Below are positions 26,565 to 36,540 of a stretch of DNA of 64,000 nt, in pieces. Under the pieces are notes generated by a model. The model was not told where the DNA came from. It was given only the letters and a program-made list of their open reading frames with translations, and did no database searches. The stretch comes from an uncultured virus (IMG/VR IMGVR_UViG_2882234885_000002). Taxonomy: Duplodnaviria > Heunggongvirae > Uroviricota > Caudoviricetes. Position 1 is the stretch's first letter, and every line of letters starts with the position of its first letter. The stretch lies in IMG/VR virus record IMGVR_UViG_2882234885_000002; one strand, given 5' to 3'. The translations under genes and the position numbers were made by a program.

Positions 26565-26738
26565 ATGAAAGCGAAATGCAGTTACCTTGTATCGGCTGAC
26601 GGCTGGCCGATGAAGTACATCCGGGCAAATACGGCGGCAGAGGCCCGGCGCCGCTGGCAGAAGATGACCGGCGGCCCCAAAAACCCCGCTGTCTCCCAGG
26701 TGCTCGGTAAAAAGCCGAAGCGCGAGGGAGGCGAATAA
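26565..26738 (+). CDS. Small hypothetical protein
   Basis: AAGGAGG RBS; fills the TerL-portal gap. Confidence 0.5.
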   Translation: MKAKCSYLVSADGWPMKYIRANTAAEARRRWQKMTGGPKNPAVSQVLGKKPKREGGE

Positions 26739-26740
26739 CC

Positions 26741-28978
26741 GTGCCATTCTGGAACCGATTTAGAGGGGGTGGTGCGGGGAGGGCGAGCCAGACCTACCGG
26801 AGCGACAGCGTTATGCTGCCCAGGTGTGCCAACCCGCCGGAGCGCAACACCCAGGAATGGATAGACGCGTTTCACACCAACCCCCGCCTGTCCGTCGTGG
26901 AGCGCATCGCCTCCGATCTGTCTTTTGCAGAGGGCAAGCTCTACCGGGTGGATGAGAACGGAGACGAACAGGAGCTTACTCATCACCCGTTCCTGGACTT
27001 TTGGGCGAACCCAAACCCGCTGCATGAGATGAGCAACGCGGCCCTGTGGCGGCTCCTGGAGATTTACCTCAAGCTCAAGGGAGAGGGGTACTTCATCATG
27101 GAGAAATCGCCCCTGGGCGTCCCTGTGGAGCTGTGGCCGGTCCCTGTCCATTGGGTACAGATGACCCCGTACCTGGACCACCCGTACTACACCGTCCGGC
27201 TCACCAACGGTCTGCTGATGAACGTGTCCGTAGATGATATGTTCGTGATGAAAGACCTGAACCCGATAGACCCGTTCAAGCGCGGCCTGGGGCAAGCTGA
27301 GGCCCTGGCAGATGAGATTGAGACCGACGAATACGCGGCCAAGTTCCAAAAGCGCTTTTTCTTCAACGACGCCACGCCGAACCTCATCATCGGTATGCCC
27401 AAGTCCACCCCGGAGCAGCGACAGCGCTTCCGGTCTGAATGGCTTGAGCGCTTCCGGGGAGTGTTCCAGAGCCACGGCGTCGCTACTGTCAACGGCGAGG
27501 TCACGGTGAACAAGGTTGGAGACAGCATGAAAGACATGGACATGGTGAACGGGCGCACATTCCTGCGGAATGCCGTCCTTGAGCACTTCGGCGTCCCCCG
27601 TGAGATTATGGGTATCACGGAGAGCAGCAACCGGGCCACGTCGGAGGCGGCTCAGTTCATCTATGCCCAAAACGTCCTTATGCCCAACCTACGCCGCCGG
27701 GAAGAGGCCATCAACAACCAGATCATCCCGTATTTCGGAAACGACTTGGTGTGGCGCTTCGATGACATCATCCCCCGGAACCAGGAGTTTGACAAGGCCC
27801 TGGGCATCGACGGCTGGAATGCCGGACTACTCACCAAGGATGAGGCCCGCGAGAAGCTGGGTATGCCTCCGGCCCTGGTGGGCGGCGACGTCTACAAGAC
27901 GCAGTTCTCCGACGTCTACATCCGGGAAGACGATGACCCTGTGGCGATCTCCACGGCGGCGGCTAACCTCCAGTATGCAGAGAGCGCACCACCGCTTGAG
28001 ACGGGCGGAGAACAGGACATTGAGATAACAGATAACGGAATACCCCTGGACGCCGAAAACGGCTCAGAGGGGGCGGGAGACGGCACAGAGGGCATAGAAA
28101 TCGTGTCCTCCAAGGGTACGTCCCCGGAAGAGCGGAAAAGCCTCCAGGTGCAGGCCGCACAACGCGCCCTGCTGCAAGCTGAGAGGGAGCAGACCCAGCG
28201 CTTTGAGATTGCCACCCTCAAATATCTGCGGGAGCAGGGCCGCCGGGTGAGTGACGCCATGGGCGGCACCACCAAGGATGAGCGGAGCGTTTGGGACATT
28301 CTCATGGGGGCCATCCCCGGCTATGACCCGAACAGCGAGGACGCAGCGGAGCAGAGCGCGGCGGCGTGGTCCTCTTTGAGCGAGGCAGACCGCACCCGCC
28401 TTGTGAGCGCCTTTACCCTGGGCCTCATCGACTGGCCCAAGGAGGAAACGGCCTTGCTGAATATCTTTGAGCCGCTGTGGAAAGAGAGCTACGACAAAGG
28501 CGCTGGGGTGTCTGCCAAGCTCTACAACCTCCAGGCGGTCCAGAGGCCGGAGCTTGTCAGCACGGCGAAGCTGCGGGGCGGCGTCCGGGTCAAAGGCATC
28601 ACAGAGACCACCCAGCAGTCCATCGCCCGTATCGTCTCCGCTGGCCTGGAGCACGGAGACAGCCGGGCCACCATCGCCAAGCAGATTGAACAGGAGATGC
28701 AGACCACGGCATCCAGGGCGCGTACCATCGCTACCCAAGAGTGCAATACCTCACTCCTGACCGGCCACTACGACATGATGCGAAAGGCCGGGGCCGCCTG
28801 GAAGACCTGGCACGTTGCCAACATGAGCGCCGCCAGACCCTCCCACAAGCGCCTGAACGGTGAGCGGGTCCCTATTGACGCCAAATTCTCAAACGGCCTC
28901 ATGCAGCCCTGTGACCCGGATTGCACGGACCCCGCCGAGGTCGTGAACTGCCACTGTTTCCTGACATTCGACAAATAA
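26741..28978 (+). CDS. Portal protein fused to a Mu gpF/SPP1 gp7-like minor head domain
   Basis: HK97-like portal motifs (NPNP..S, FFFNDATP, FGVP.EIMG); C-terminal RARTIATQE...RPSH..LNGERV...EVVNCHC. Confidence 0.9.
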   Translation: MPFWNRFRGGGAGRASQTYRSDSVMLPRCANPPERNTQEWIDAFHTNPRLSVVERIASDLSFAEGKLYRVDENGDEQELTHHPFLDFWANPNPLHEMSNAALWRLLEIYLKLKGEGYFIMEKSPLGVPVELWPVPVHWVQMTPYLDHPYYTVRLTNGLLMNVSVDDMFVMKDLNPIDPFKRGLGQAEALADEIETDEYAAKFQKRFFFNDATPNLIIGMPKSTPEQRQRFRSEWLERFRGVFQSHGVATVNGEVTVNKVGDSMKDMDMVNGRTFLRNAVLEHFGVPREIMGITESSNRATSEAAQFIYAQNVLMPNLRRREEAINNQIIPYFGNDLVWRFDDIIPRNQEFDKALGIDGWNAGLLTKDEAREKLGMPPALVGGDVYKTQFSDVYIREDDDPVAISTAAANLQYAESAPPLETGGEQDIEITDNGIPLDAENGSEGAGDGTEGIEIVSSKGTSPEERKSLQVQAAQRALLQAEREQTQRFEIATLKYLREQGRRVSDAMGGTTKDERSVWDILMGAIPGYDPNSEDAAEQSAAAWSSLSEADRTRLVSAFTLGLIDWPKEETALLNIFEPLWKESYDKGAGVSAKLYNLQAVQRPELVSTAKLRGGVRVKGITETTQQSIARIVSAGLEHGDSRATIAKQIEQEMQTTASRARTIATQECNTSLLTGHYDMMRKAGAAWKTWHVANMSAARPSHKRLNGERVPIDAKFSNGLMQPCDPDCTDPAEVVNCHCFLTFDK

Positions 28979-28990
28979 GGAGGACGCCTG

Positions 28991-29980
28991 ATGGAATTTA
29001 CCGAGATGCAGGCTCAGGAGGCCGCCCGATCTGCGGGTATCGACCTGGAGAAAGAGCGGTTCGACCTGAAAGCCCTGACAGCCGGGATGAATGCGGAGCT
29101 TGAACACGGCACCGCAAACCCGGACACGAATATTACCAACGATGACCCCGTTATGACGGCGAAGCTCGCAGCGGCACATCTGCGGGTCTCGCCGTTTTAC
29201 TATGCCTCCGGGCGGGGCCTGAAAGCGTGGGAGGCTTCGCTCCGTAGAGGGGTGAAAGTGAAAAGCTCCAAGACGGAGCACAAAACGCTGTCTTTCCGTA
29301 CCGAAGAGTACGACGAAGAGAGCGGCATCTTTAGTGGCTACGCCGCCGTCTATGGCAACATCGACAGTGGCGGGGACATAATTGAGCCTGGTGCCTTCAC
29401 GAAGACAATCGCCGAGGGCTGGGAGAGGGTGAAGATACTCGCCCTGCACAACGACTGCTGGCTCCCCATTGGCAGACCTTTGGAGCTGAGGGAAGACAGC
29501 AACGGCCTTTTCATTAAGGCCAAAATCAGCGACACTTCGATGGGACGCGACATCAAAGTGCTGCTGAAAGATGGAGTTCTCACTGAGCTGTCCATCGGAT
29601 ATGACCCCATCGTCTTTGACTACGACGAAAACGGCATCCGGCATCTGCGGGAAGTCAAGCTGTGGGAGGTCTCCGTCGTTACCTGGGCCATGAACCCGGA
29701 GGCGACGATCACCGACTACAAGCAGGCCACCGACGCCGCCGGTTTCCTGGACGCCTTTTTGGAGGCGGCCACCGCCGAAGTCAAGGCCGGTCGGAAAATC
29801 AGCGGGACCCGGCTAAAGGCCCTCAAGGACGCGAGCGCGTCCATGAAAGCCGCTACCAAGGTCCTTGACGGCATCATCCGAGAGGCAAGCGACACCGAGA
29901 AATCCATCTCCCGTACCGCCAACACCAGAGCCGAGAAGTCCGCGCCGACTACCGGCATCACCTATGAAATTCTGCTATAA
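28991..29980 (+). CDS. HK97-family prohead protease with N-terminal DUF5661-like domain
   Basis: GMNAELEHG...TNITNDDP..TAKLA.AHL; FSGYAAVYGNIDSGGDIIEPGAF...LSIGY...LWEVSVVTWAMNPEA. Confidence 0.9.
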   Translation: MEFTEMQAQEAARSAGIDLEKERFDLKALTAGMNAELEHGTANPDTNITNDDPVMTAKLAAAHLRVSPFYYASGRGLKAWEASLRRGVKVKSSKTEHKTLSFRTEEYDEESGIFSGYAAVYGNIDSGGDIIEPGAFTKTIAEGWERVKILALHNDCWLPIGRPLELREDSNGLFIKAKISDTSMGRDIKVLLKDGVLTELSIGYDPIVFDYDENGIRHLREVKLWEVSVVTWAMNPEATITDYKQATDAAGFLDAFLEAATAEVKAGRKISGTRLKALKDASASMKAATKVLDGIIREASDTEKSISRTANTRAEKSAPTTGITYEILL

Positions 29981-29994
29981 GGAGGAAATTACAA

Positions 29995-31563
29995 ATGGCT
30001 ATTCCCAAGAAAGGAACCGCACCCGCTGGCCGCAAGTCTATGAAGATGGAGGCCGATGAGCTGACCGAGAAAATCAAGGCTTGCGTCAAGGAGGCCCTGG
30101 ATGAGCAGGCCGAGGCCAAGGCCGAGGGCGAAGAGGGGACCGAGGACGCTGTTGCCGAGGTTGCCCCCGCTGACATCTCCGGTCTGATTGAGGACGCTAT
30201 GGCCGTTGTCGCTGAGAAGCGCAAGAGCCGCAAGGAGGCCGGCGAAGAGCTGGGCGACGTCACCGCCGAGGAAGTCATGGAGGCCGTCGGTGAGATTATC
30301 GACGCCACCGAGGGCGAGGCCAAGGAGGATGACGGCGTTGAGGAAGAGGTCAAGGAGGATGAGGAAGTGACTGATGAGGCCAAGGGGCGCAAGGCCGCCG
30401 CCCGCAAGCACCAGACCAAAAGCGCCCGCAAGAGCGCGGCCTCCCCCGTCCAGCGGAAGTACAGCTCCATTTACATGAGCCGTACCACCCCCACCAGCAC
30501 CGCCAAGAAGTCCGTCCCGCCTGCTATCCAGCTCGCCCGCGCTATCAAGTGCCTGGACGTGTTCGGCAAGCATGACCCCGACGCCGCCTCTTTCTACGCG
30601 CAGCGGAAGTATGACGATGCGGACATGGCCCGCGAGTTCAAGGCCCTGTCTGCCACCAACCCTGCTGCCGGCGGCTACCTCATCCCCGAAATCTACCTGG
30701 ACCAGATCATCGAGCTGCTGTACTCCAAGACCGTCATCTTTGAGCTGGGCGCTCAGAAAGTCCCCATGGCCAACGGCAACCTGAACATCCCCAAGATGAC
30801 CGGCGGCGCCCGCGCTACCTGGGGCGGTGAGGCTCGCAAGATTGCGAAGACCCAGCCCACCTACGGCAACATCCGTCTGTCCGCAAAGCGCCTGGAGGCC
30901 ATCGTGCCTCAGACCCGCGAGCTGCTGATGAGCACCAACTACTCCGCCGATCAGCTCTTCGCCAACGACCTGACCCGGCGCATGGAGCTGGGCCTTGACT
31001 TCGGCGCTATGTTCGGCAAGGGCGGCGAGTTCCAGCCCCTCGGCGTGTTCACCGACAAGGAGGTTGAGCACGTGGACGCCAAGACCCTGAGCAACGAGGA
31101 CCTGGCCGACAGCAACGGCAAGATTACTGCCGACTTCCCCGTGTTCGTCCGCTCTAAGGTCCTGGCAAAGAACGTGGACGATAACAAGCTCGGCTGGGCG
31201 TTCAACTCCGTCCTGGAGGGCTACCTGATGAACCTCAAGACCACCACCGGCGCGTACATCTACCGCGATGAGATGAACACCGGCAAGCTGCTGGGCTTCC
31301 CCTATCGCGTGTCCAACCAGATCACCACCGACACCACCGGCCTCACTGAGCTGGCCTTTGGCAACTGGGCGGACCTCCTGGTGGGCGAGCAGATGGGCCT
31401 TGAGACCTACACCACCCTGGACGGCTCCTGGGTCGATGAAGAGGGCAACCAGCACAACGCCTTTGAAGAGAACCTGGCCGCCACCCGCGCCCTCATGTAC
31501 GTGGACATCGCCGCCCGTCACAAGGAGAGCTTCCTGCACGTCAAGAACATCAAGGCGTTTTAA
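29995..31563 (+). CDS. Major capsid protein (HK97 fold) with N-terminal scaffold region
   Basis: GGYLIPE...IIELL, LLGFPY, FGNW; acidic N-terminal delta domain. Confidence 0.92.
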   Translation: MAIPKKGTAPAGRKSMKMEADELTEKIKACVKEALDEQAEAKAEGEEGTEDAVAEVAPADISGLIEDAMAVVAEKRKSRKEAGEELGDVTAEEVMEAVGEIIDATEGEAKEDDGVEEEVKEDEEVTDEAKGRKAAARKHQTKSARKSAASPVQRKYSSIYMSRTTPTSTAKKSVPPAIQLARAIKCLDVFGKHDPDAASFYAQRKYDDADMAREFKALSATNPAAGGYLIPEIYLDQIIELLYSKTVIFELGAQKVPMANGNLNIPKMTGGARATWGGEARKIAKTQPTYGNIRLSAKRLEAIVPQTRELLMSTNYSADQLFANDLTRRMELGLDFGAMFGKGGEFQPLGVFTDKEVEHVDAKTLSNEDLADSNGKITADFPVFVRSKVLAKNVDDNKLGWAFNSVLEGYLMNLKTTTGAYIYRDEMNTGKLLGFPYRVSNQITTDTTGLTELAFGNWADLLVGEQMGLETYTTLDGSWVDEEGNQHNAFEENLAATRALMYVDIAARHKESFLHVKNIKAF

Positions 31564-31621
31564 TCAGAGGCCGGGGCATACCGCCCCGGCCCTATAATTT
31601 CAACAAGGAGGAATTTCAACT

Positions 31622-32038
31622 ATGAAACGCGCACTTATTCAGAGTGTCAAAGTGACCCCGTACACCAGCGAGGACGCCATCAACCGCGAGGGCTTCCTCT
31701 CCGGCATCCTGGCCGTCAAGGTCGGCTCTCCCTCCGGCTCCCCTACGGGTATGGCCGTGAAGCTGACCATCACCGAGAGCGACCAGCAGAGCACCGGCTA
31801 CGCGCCCGTCAAGGATAAGCTGGTCTGCGTGGGCAACGCGCCCCTGGACGATGCGGGCGTGATCTCCGTCACCACCGACGCCGCAGGCGGCGAGCTGGTA
31901 AACTTCGACCTGGACCTGGTGGGCCTCAAGCAGTACATCAAGGTCAAGGTGGAGATTTCCTGCTCCGGCGGCTCTTCTCCGTCCTGCACCGCGACTGCCG
32001 CCCTGGCCCTGGGCGACGCTTCCGAGGTCCCCGTTTAA
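31622..32038 (+). CDS. Head-associated structural protein
   Basis: Follows the MCP, strong RBS, beta-rich. Confidence 0.6.
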   Translation: MKRALIQSVKVTPYTSEDAINREGFLSGILAVKVGSPSGSPTGMAVKLTITESDQQSTGYAPVKDKLVCVGNAPLDDAGVISVTTDAAGGELVNFDLDLVGLKQYIKVKVEISCSGGSSPSCTATAALALGDASEVPV

Positions 32039-32229
32039 TTAGGCCCTGAGAGGCCCTACAAGGAGGTTTTTGCTATGGCAAGACATTATCCCTCTGAGGG
32101 TGTGAAACCCGCCGAGAACAAGCGGGAGGCAGGCCCCAAGGAGAAGAAATCGGAAACCCCTAAGAACGACAGCAAAAAGGAGAGCGCGGGCGAGTAGCCC
32201 GCGCCTCCCCTGAGAACGGAGGCGACACC

Positions 32230-32883
32230 GTGGAAAATGAACCGACTGTAAAGCTGGCCTCAAACGCCATGACAACGCTCGAAGACACGATGGAGCGCCT
32301 GGGCATCCCACCGGAGGCGGCAGACACCGCCGTAAAGAACAACATCATCCGGCTTATCAATTCGGCGTCTGCCTGGATTGAGACCATCACCGGGCGAAAG
32401 TTCGGCAAGGCCACCTACACCCACAGATATGTTGCCCCCGGTGCTCAGGAGCTTGTGCTCACTCAGTACCCTATCCGGGCGGTTGAGTACGTCCGGGACA
32501 CCGAGAACGGCGTGGACATTGCCCCCGGCAGCTACGACTTCACCATGACCGGAGACGTGGGCGTACTGTACCGCGATGAGGGATGGGTATTCCGCGGCTA
32601 TGTCGGCGGCCTTGCGAACGACTACATAGCCCCCCGGCGCTACCTGGAAGTAAAGTTCACCGCCGGGTACGTGCTGCCCAAGGACGCGACCGAAGATGAG
32701 CCATCCGATCTACCGGAGGACATCGTGGCGATTGTCTGGGGCATCGCGGAACAGGAGTTCTCCATCCTGCGGAACGGCGCTCAGGGCCTTGCGGCGTTCT
32801 CCATCTCCGACGTGTCGTGGACCTTTGACAAGGAACCCCGCGCCTCCTGGATGGAGACCCTGGCCCACTACATGAGGTGGTGA
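32230..32883 (+). CDS. Head-tail connector (gp6-like)
   Basis: LINSASAWIETITGRKF...FTAGYVLP...LPEDI. Confidence 0.8.
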   Translation: MENEPTVKLASNAMTTLEDTMERLGIPPEAADTAVKNNIIRLINSASAWIETITGRKFGKATYTHRYVAPGAQELVLTQYPIRAVEYVRDTENGVDIAPGSYDFTMTGDVGVLYRDEGWVFRGYVGGLANDYIAPRRYLEVKFTAGYVLPKDATEDEPSDLPEDIVAIVWGIAEQEFSILRNGAQGLAAFSISDVSWTFDKEPRASWMETLAHYMRW

Positions 32884-32887
32884 GCCT

Positions 32888-33529
32888 ATGCAGGTCCGCG
32901 ATAACGTCCTACCGCACCTGCGGCGGGTCAAGGCCGAGCTGGAGAAACTGAACCACACCCGGATAAAAATAGGCATCCAGGGCAACGCAGACAGTGAGCT
33001 GCTGATGATTGCCCGTGTCCATGAGTACGGGGCCACCATCACGCCCAAGGCCACCCGAAACCTCTGCATACCCATCCACAAGGACAGCTACGACAAAAGC
33101 CCCAGGGACTTCCAGGACCTCTTCTTTATCCGGTCCAGGGACGGCTACCTGTTCGGCGTCGTAGCCAAAAAGGGACGGAGGGACAAGGATAATCCGAATA
33201 ACCTCAAGTTCCTGTTCTTGCTGCTGCCCTCCGTCACCATACCGGAGCGCAGCTTCATCCGGGCGGGCTTCGACCACAACAAGAACAAGCTGGCCGAAAT
33301 CGTCCAGAATGAGGTTGCCCGCATCTGGCAAGGTCAGCAGACGGCGGACGGGGCCATATCGTGGATAGGCGGGCAGGCCGTGGGCCTTATCCAGCAGTTT
33401 ATGAGCGACGCGAGCAACTTTGAGCCGAAAGGAAAAATCCAGAGGGAGCGCTATCCGTCCTATGCGGACAGCCCTCTCATGGTGACCGGACGGCTCCGAA
33501 ATTCGATCACGTGGGAGGTTGAGGAATAA
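32888..33529 (+). CDS. Neck/tail completion protein
   Basis: IARVHEYGATI...IPERSFIRA...PLMVTGRLRNSITW. Confidence 0.8.
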   Translation: MQVRDNVLPHLRRVKAELEKLNHTRIKIGIQGNADSELLMIARVHEYGATITPKATRNLCIPIHKDSYDKSPRDFQDLFFIRSRDGYLFGVVAKKGRRDKDNPNNLKFLFLLLPSVTIPERSFIRAGFDHNKNKLAEIVQNEVARIWQGQQTADGAISWIGGQAVGLIQQFMSDASNFEPKGKIQRERYPSYADSPLMVTGRLRNSITWEVEE

Positions 33530-33918
33530 TGGGCGTCCCGTTCAAAATGGCGCAGCCCATGATACCGGGCGGCCTGCTGCATACCATGTACGAGGTCCAG
33601 GCGGGAGGCCACTACGACCAGGACAAGGGCGGCCAGTGGGTAGCCGGTGAGCCTGTGCGCGTCCCCTTTGAGGGCGCGGTCCTCCCTGTGAGCGACAAGG
33701 ACCTACGGCGTGAAATCACCGGCACCGTGTCCGATCTGAGCGAGAAAATCTATACCAACGGCCATGCGCTCCAGGTGGGAGCACAGGTCTATGACCCTGA
33801 CAGCGGAAACACCTACACCGTGACCCAGGAGTTGGGCCACAACAGCATCCACCCGATGAAGCGGTATCTGGTAGAGGCCAGAACCGGCGCGGCGCCGAAA
33901 GGGGGCGGTGGGGCGTGA
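33529..33918 (+). CDS. Head closure/minor structural protein
   Basis: Position in the head-tail joining cluster. Confidence 0.6.
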   Translation: MGVPFKMAQPMIPGGLLHTMYEVQAGGHYDQDKGGQWVAGEPVRVPFEGAVLPVSDKDLRREITGTVSDLSEKIYTNGHALQVGAQVYDPDSGNTYTVTQELGHNSIHPMKRYLVEARTGAAPKGGGGA

Positions 33919-34457
33919 GTTTCGTCACGAAGCGGAATGCCCTCATATCCGCGCTTCATAAGACCGTGGGCGTCCCGGTCCTGCTGGCCTCCCAGGTCCA
34001 GCCGGAGGCAGAACCCCCGTTCATCGTCTACTCAGTGACCGCAGACTACATCCCGGACGGCGGCCTGGGCAACTACTCGCTGGGTGAGGGTGCGACGCAA
34101 GACGATCTGGTGGAGGTCCGGGAAGAGCAGCCCACCGCCACCCTGTCATTTACTGCTTGCAGCGTGAACCGCTGCTACGACGATAAAGGCTCCCAGGTGC
34201 AAGTCCTGGGTGCAGATGAGGCCCTGGAGCTGGCAACGCTGGCCCAGGGCTTTTTCCTGCATACCGGGAGAGACGCCATAGCGGGGGCCGGTTTCGTCGT
34301 TGTTGATGTCACCAACGCCACCAGCCGGGACGCCCTGGAGCTTGACGAAATGGGCCGCCGGTTCGGTTTCGATGTCCGGCTCCGGTACACCCGGACCGAC
34401 GCGGCGGCCATCAGCAAACTTGAGAAACCCACAATCAAAGGAAACGTAAAGGAGTGA
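33915..34457 (+). CDS. Tail terminator/neck protein
   Basis: Immediately upstream of the sheath; RRFGFDVRLRY. Confidence 0.7.
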   Translation: MSFVTKRNALISALHKTVGVPVLLASQVQPEAEPPFIVYSVTADYIPDGGLGNYSLGEGATQDDLVEVREEQPTATLSFTACSVNRCYDDKGSQVQVLGADEALELATLAQGFFLHTGRDAIAGAGFVVVDVTNATSRDALELDEMGRRFGFDVRLRYTRTDAAAISKLEKPTIKGNVKE

Positions 34458-34462
34458 TTTTA

Positions 34463-35539
34463 ATGCCGAAAGACGTTGTTGTGGTCGTGAATATCGACGC
34501 CAAGCCCAGCGGAACGGAGAACCTGGACATTCTGCTGCTGTCCACCGAGGGCGCTAAGGACGTGGCCGTCTACCGCGATCTGGACGTCATCAAGGAGGCG
34601 TTCACCGGGAAAAAGGTCGCTGCTATGGCCGAAGCCCTGTTTGAGCAGGGCAAGACCACCCTTGCGGAGACCCTTATCCGCAAAGTGAAAATCGCCGGTA
34701 TCGCTGCCCCCTCCGGGAGCGGTGAGACCGAAAAGGCATCTGCTCTGGTGCAGGCCGTGGAGACCCTGCGGGAGACCGATGATGATTGGTATATCCTGCT
34801 GACCGACCAGGACGGCGATGAGGCCGTGAAAGCCCTCTGCGCCTGGGCCGAGGCCACCGAGCCTACCGAAGCAGAGCTGGGCGCGGGCGAGGAAGACCAC
34901 CGCAAGCTCTACTTCGGGCGCACTCAGAACAAGAGCCTTGCCGTCACCAACCGCCGGTCCATCGTCATCTACGGGGACCAGGATGAGGAATACCCCGACG
35001 CCGCCTATGTGGGCAACGTGGGGCCGTTCTACCCTGAGAGCGTAACGTGGAAGTTCAAGCGGCCCCAGGGCCTCACCGTCCCGGACCTCACCAACGCTGA
35101 GCGCGACGCTCTGGAAGAGGCCAACGTGAACTTCCTGACCGTCGAGTACAAGCGGGAGTATGTGAAGAACGGCGTGTGCGCCGACGGCGAATTTATCGAC
35201 GTCCAGATGGGCGCTGACTACATCGCCAAGAACATGAGGGAAAACCTCTACGACATCTTCCTGGAGAACCCCACCATTGGCTACACCGACGCAGGCTTTG
35301 CCCTGGTCGCTGCCGGCGTGTTCTCCGCTCTGAACCGCGCTACCGACCTGGGCATTATCGCCCTGGACCCGGAGAGCGAGCAGGGCGTCTTTACCGTTGT
35401 AGTCCCCAAGCGGTCCCAGGCCACCGACGAAGAGGCCCGCGCCCGGCAAATGCCGGACATCACCTGGGAGGCGCAGCTTGAGGGCGCGGTCCACACCGTC
35501 AAAGTCAAGGGCGTACTGCGGGCCACCCTGAGCGCGTGA
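34463..35539 (+). CDS. Tail sheath protein (DUF3383-like)
   Basis: TWKFK, GEFIDV..G.DY, YTDAG, LEGAVHTVKVKG motifs. Confidence 0.85.
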   Translation: MPKDVVVVVNIDAKPSGTENLDILLLSTEGAKDVAVYRDLDVIKEAFTGKKVAAMAEALFEQGKTTLAETLIRKVKIAGIAAPSGSGETEKASALVQAVETLRETDDDWYILLTDQDGDEAVKALCAWAEATEPTEAELGAGEEDHRKLYFGRTQNKSLAVTNRRSIVIYGDQDEEYPDAAYVGNVGPFYPESVTWKFKRPQGLTVPDLTNAERDALEEANVNFLTVEYKREYVKNGVCADGEFIDVQMGADYIAKNMRENLYDIFLENPTIGYTDAGFALVAAGVFSALNRATDLGIIALDPESEQGVFTVVVPKRSQATDEEARARQMPDITWEAQLEGAVHTVKVKGVLRATLSA

Positions 35540-35558
35540 GAAAGGAGCGTAATTCATC

Positions 35559-35972
35559 ATGGCTAAAGGCATCGAAGTTGCGAGCTATGACCCTAAAAAG
35601 GTCAACGTCATTGTCGGGGGCCGCACCATCACCGGCTTTGCTGCTGATGGTGTCGTGTCCGTCACCAAGAACGAGGACAGCATCACCCCCGCCGTAGGCG
35701 CAAAGGGCGACGTGACCTACTCCGAGAACGCCAACGAGAGCGGCACCATCGCTATTACCCTCATGTCCACGTCTTCCAGCCTGTCCTATCTTCGGGAGCT
35801 GGAGGCGAAGCGTCGGGCCGTCAACGTGACGATCTCCGACGTGAACGACGCGGACGCGTTCACCCTCAGCGCGGACAACTGCCGGGTAATGAAAATGCCC
35901 GACCTCACCCGCAATAAGGAGCAGAGCACGATCACCGTCAACATCTATGCACCGTCGGTAGTCCCCCGCTAA
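35559..35972 (+). CDS. Tail tube protein (DUF3277-like)
   Basis: YDPKKVNVIVGGRTITGFA...VGAKGD...SGTIAITLM.TSSS. Confidence 0.85.
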   Translation: MAKGIEVASYDPKKVNVIVGGRTITGFAADGVVSVTKNEDSITPAVGAKGDVTYSENANESGTIAITLMSTSSSLSYLRELEAKRRAVNVTISDVNDADAFTLSADNCRVMKMPDLTRNKEQSTITVNIYAPSVVPR

Positions 35973-36050
35973 GGGGGGCTACCCATGAAAGGCTATCCCA
36001 ACTGGCCGAACAAACCAAAATCACTATCTGAAAGGGGCTACCGAAAATTT

Positions 36051-36320
36051 ATGGCTAAGCAGAAGAAAGTCACCGTCAACGGCGAGGAATACACCCTCCA
36101 GTCCGTCTCTCCCACCTGGTACTTCGGCGTCAATGACGATTGCGGCATGACCGGCGGCGGACGCCGGGACACCACCAAGTACATTGACACCATGCTCAAG
36201 AACGTGGTCATTTCTCCCGCCGAGGTCAAGGCCGACGGCATCAGCTACTTCGATGAAAAGGATGACATCAAGACCCCGGAGAAGCTGATTAAGGCCATCG
36301 AAACCTTTCTGCGAGAGTGA
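36051..36320 (+). CDS. Tail assembly chaperone
   Basis: Between tube and tape measure; KKVTVNGEEYTLQ. Confidence 0.7.
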   Translation: MAKQKKVTVNGEEYTLQSVSPTWYFGVNDDCGMTGGGRRDTTKYIDTMLKNVVISPAEVKADGISYFDEKDDIKTPEKLIKAIETFLRE

Positions 36321-36366
36321 GCTTAACGTAGACCGCGCAATCAGAAAGGCCAAGCGAAACCGGAAT

Positions 36367-36501
36367 ATGTGGGTCCTCATCTTCACCGGCGGCGGCCTGT
36401 GCTATGCCGACTTCAAGGGCATGGACCTGGCTGAGTACCAGGAGGCGGTGCAGGCCCGCATACTCTACAACGAAGACTGGAGCAAGCAGCGGGGCGAGTG
36501 A
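36367..36501 (+). CDS. Second chaperone segment (possible frameshift extension)
   Basis: MWVLIFTGGGLCYADFKGMDLAEYQEAVQA; this frame stays open back into the end of the chaperone gene. Confidence 0.5.
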   Translation: MWVLIFTGGGLCYADFKGMDLAEYQEAVQARILYNEDWSKQRGE

Positions 36502-36540
36502 CCCCGCTGCTTTACTTTTTGCAGAAAGGGGGTGGAGCCA

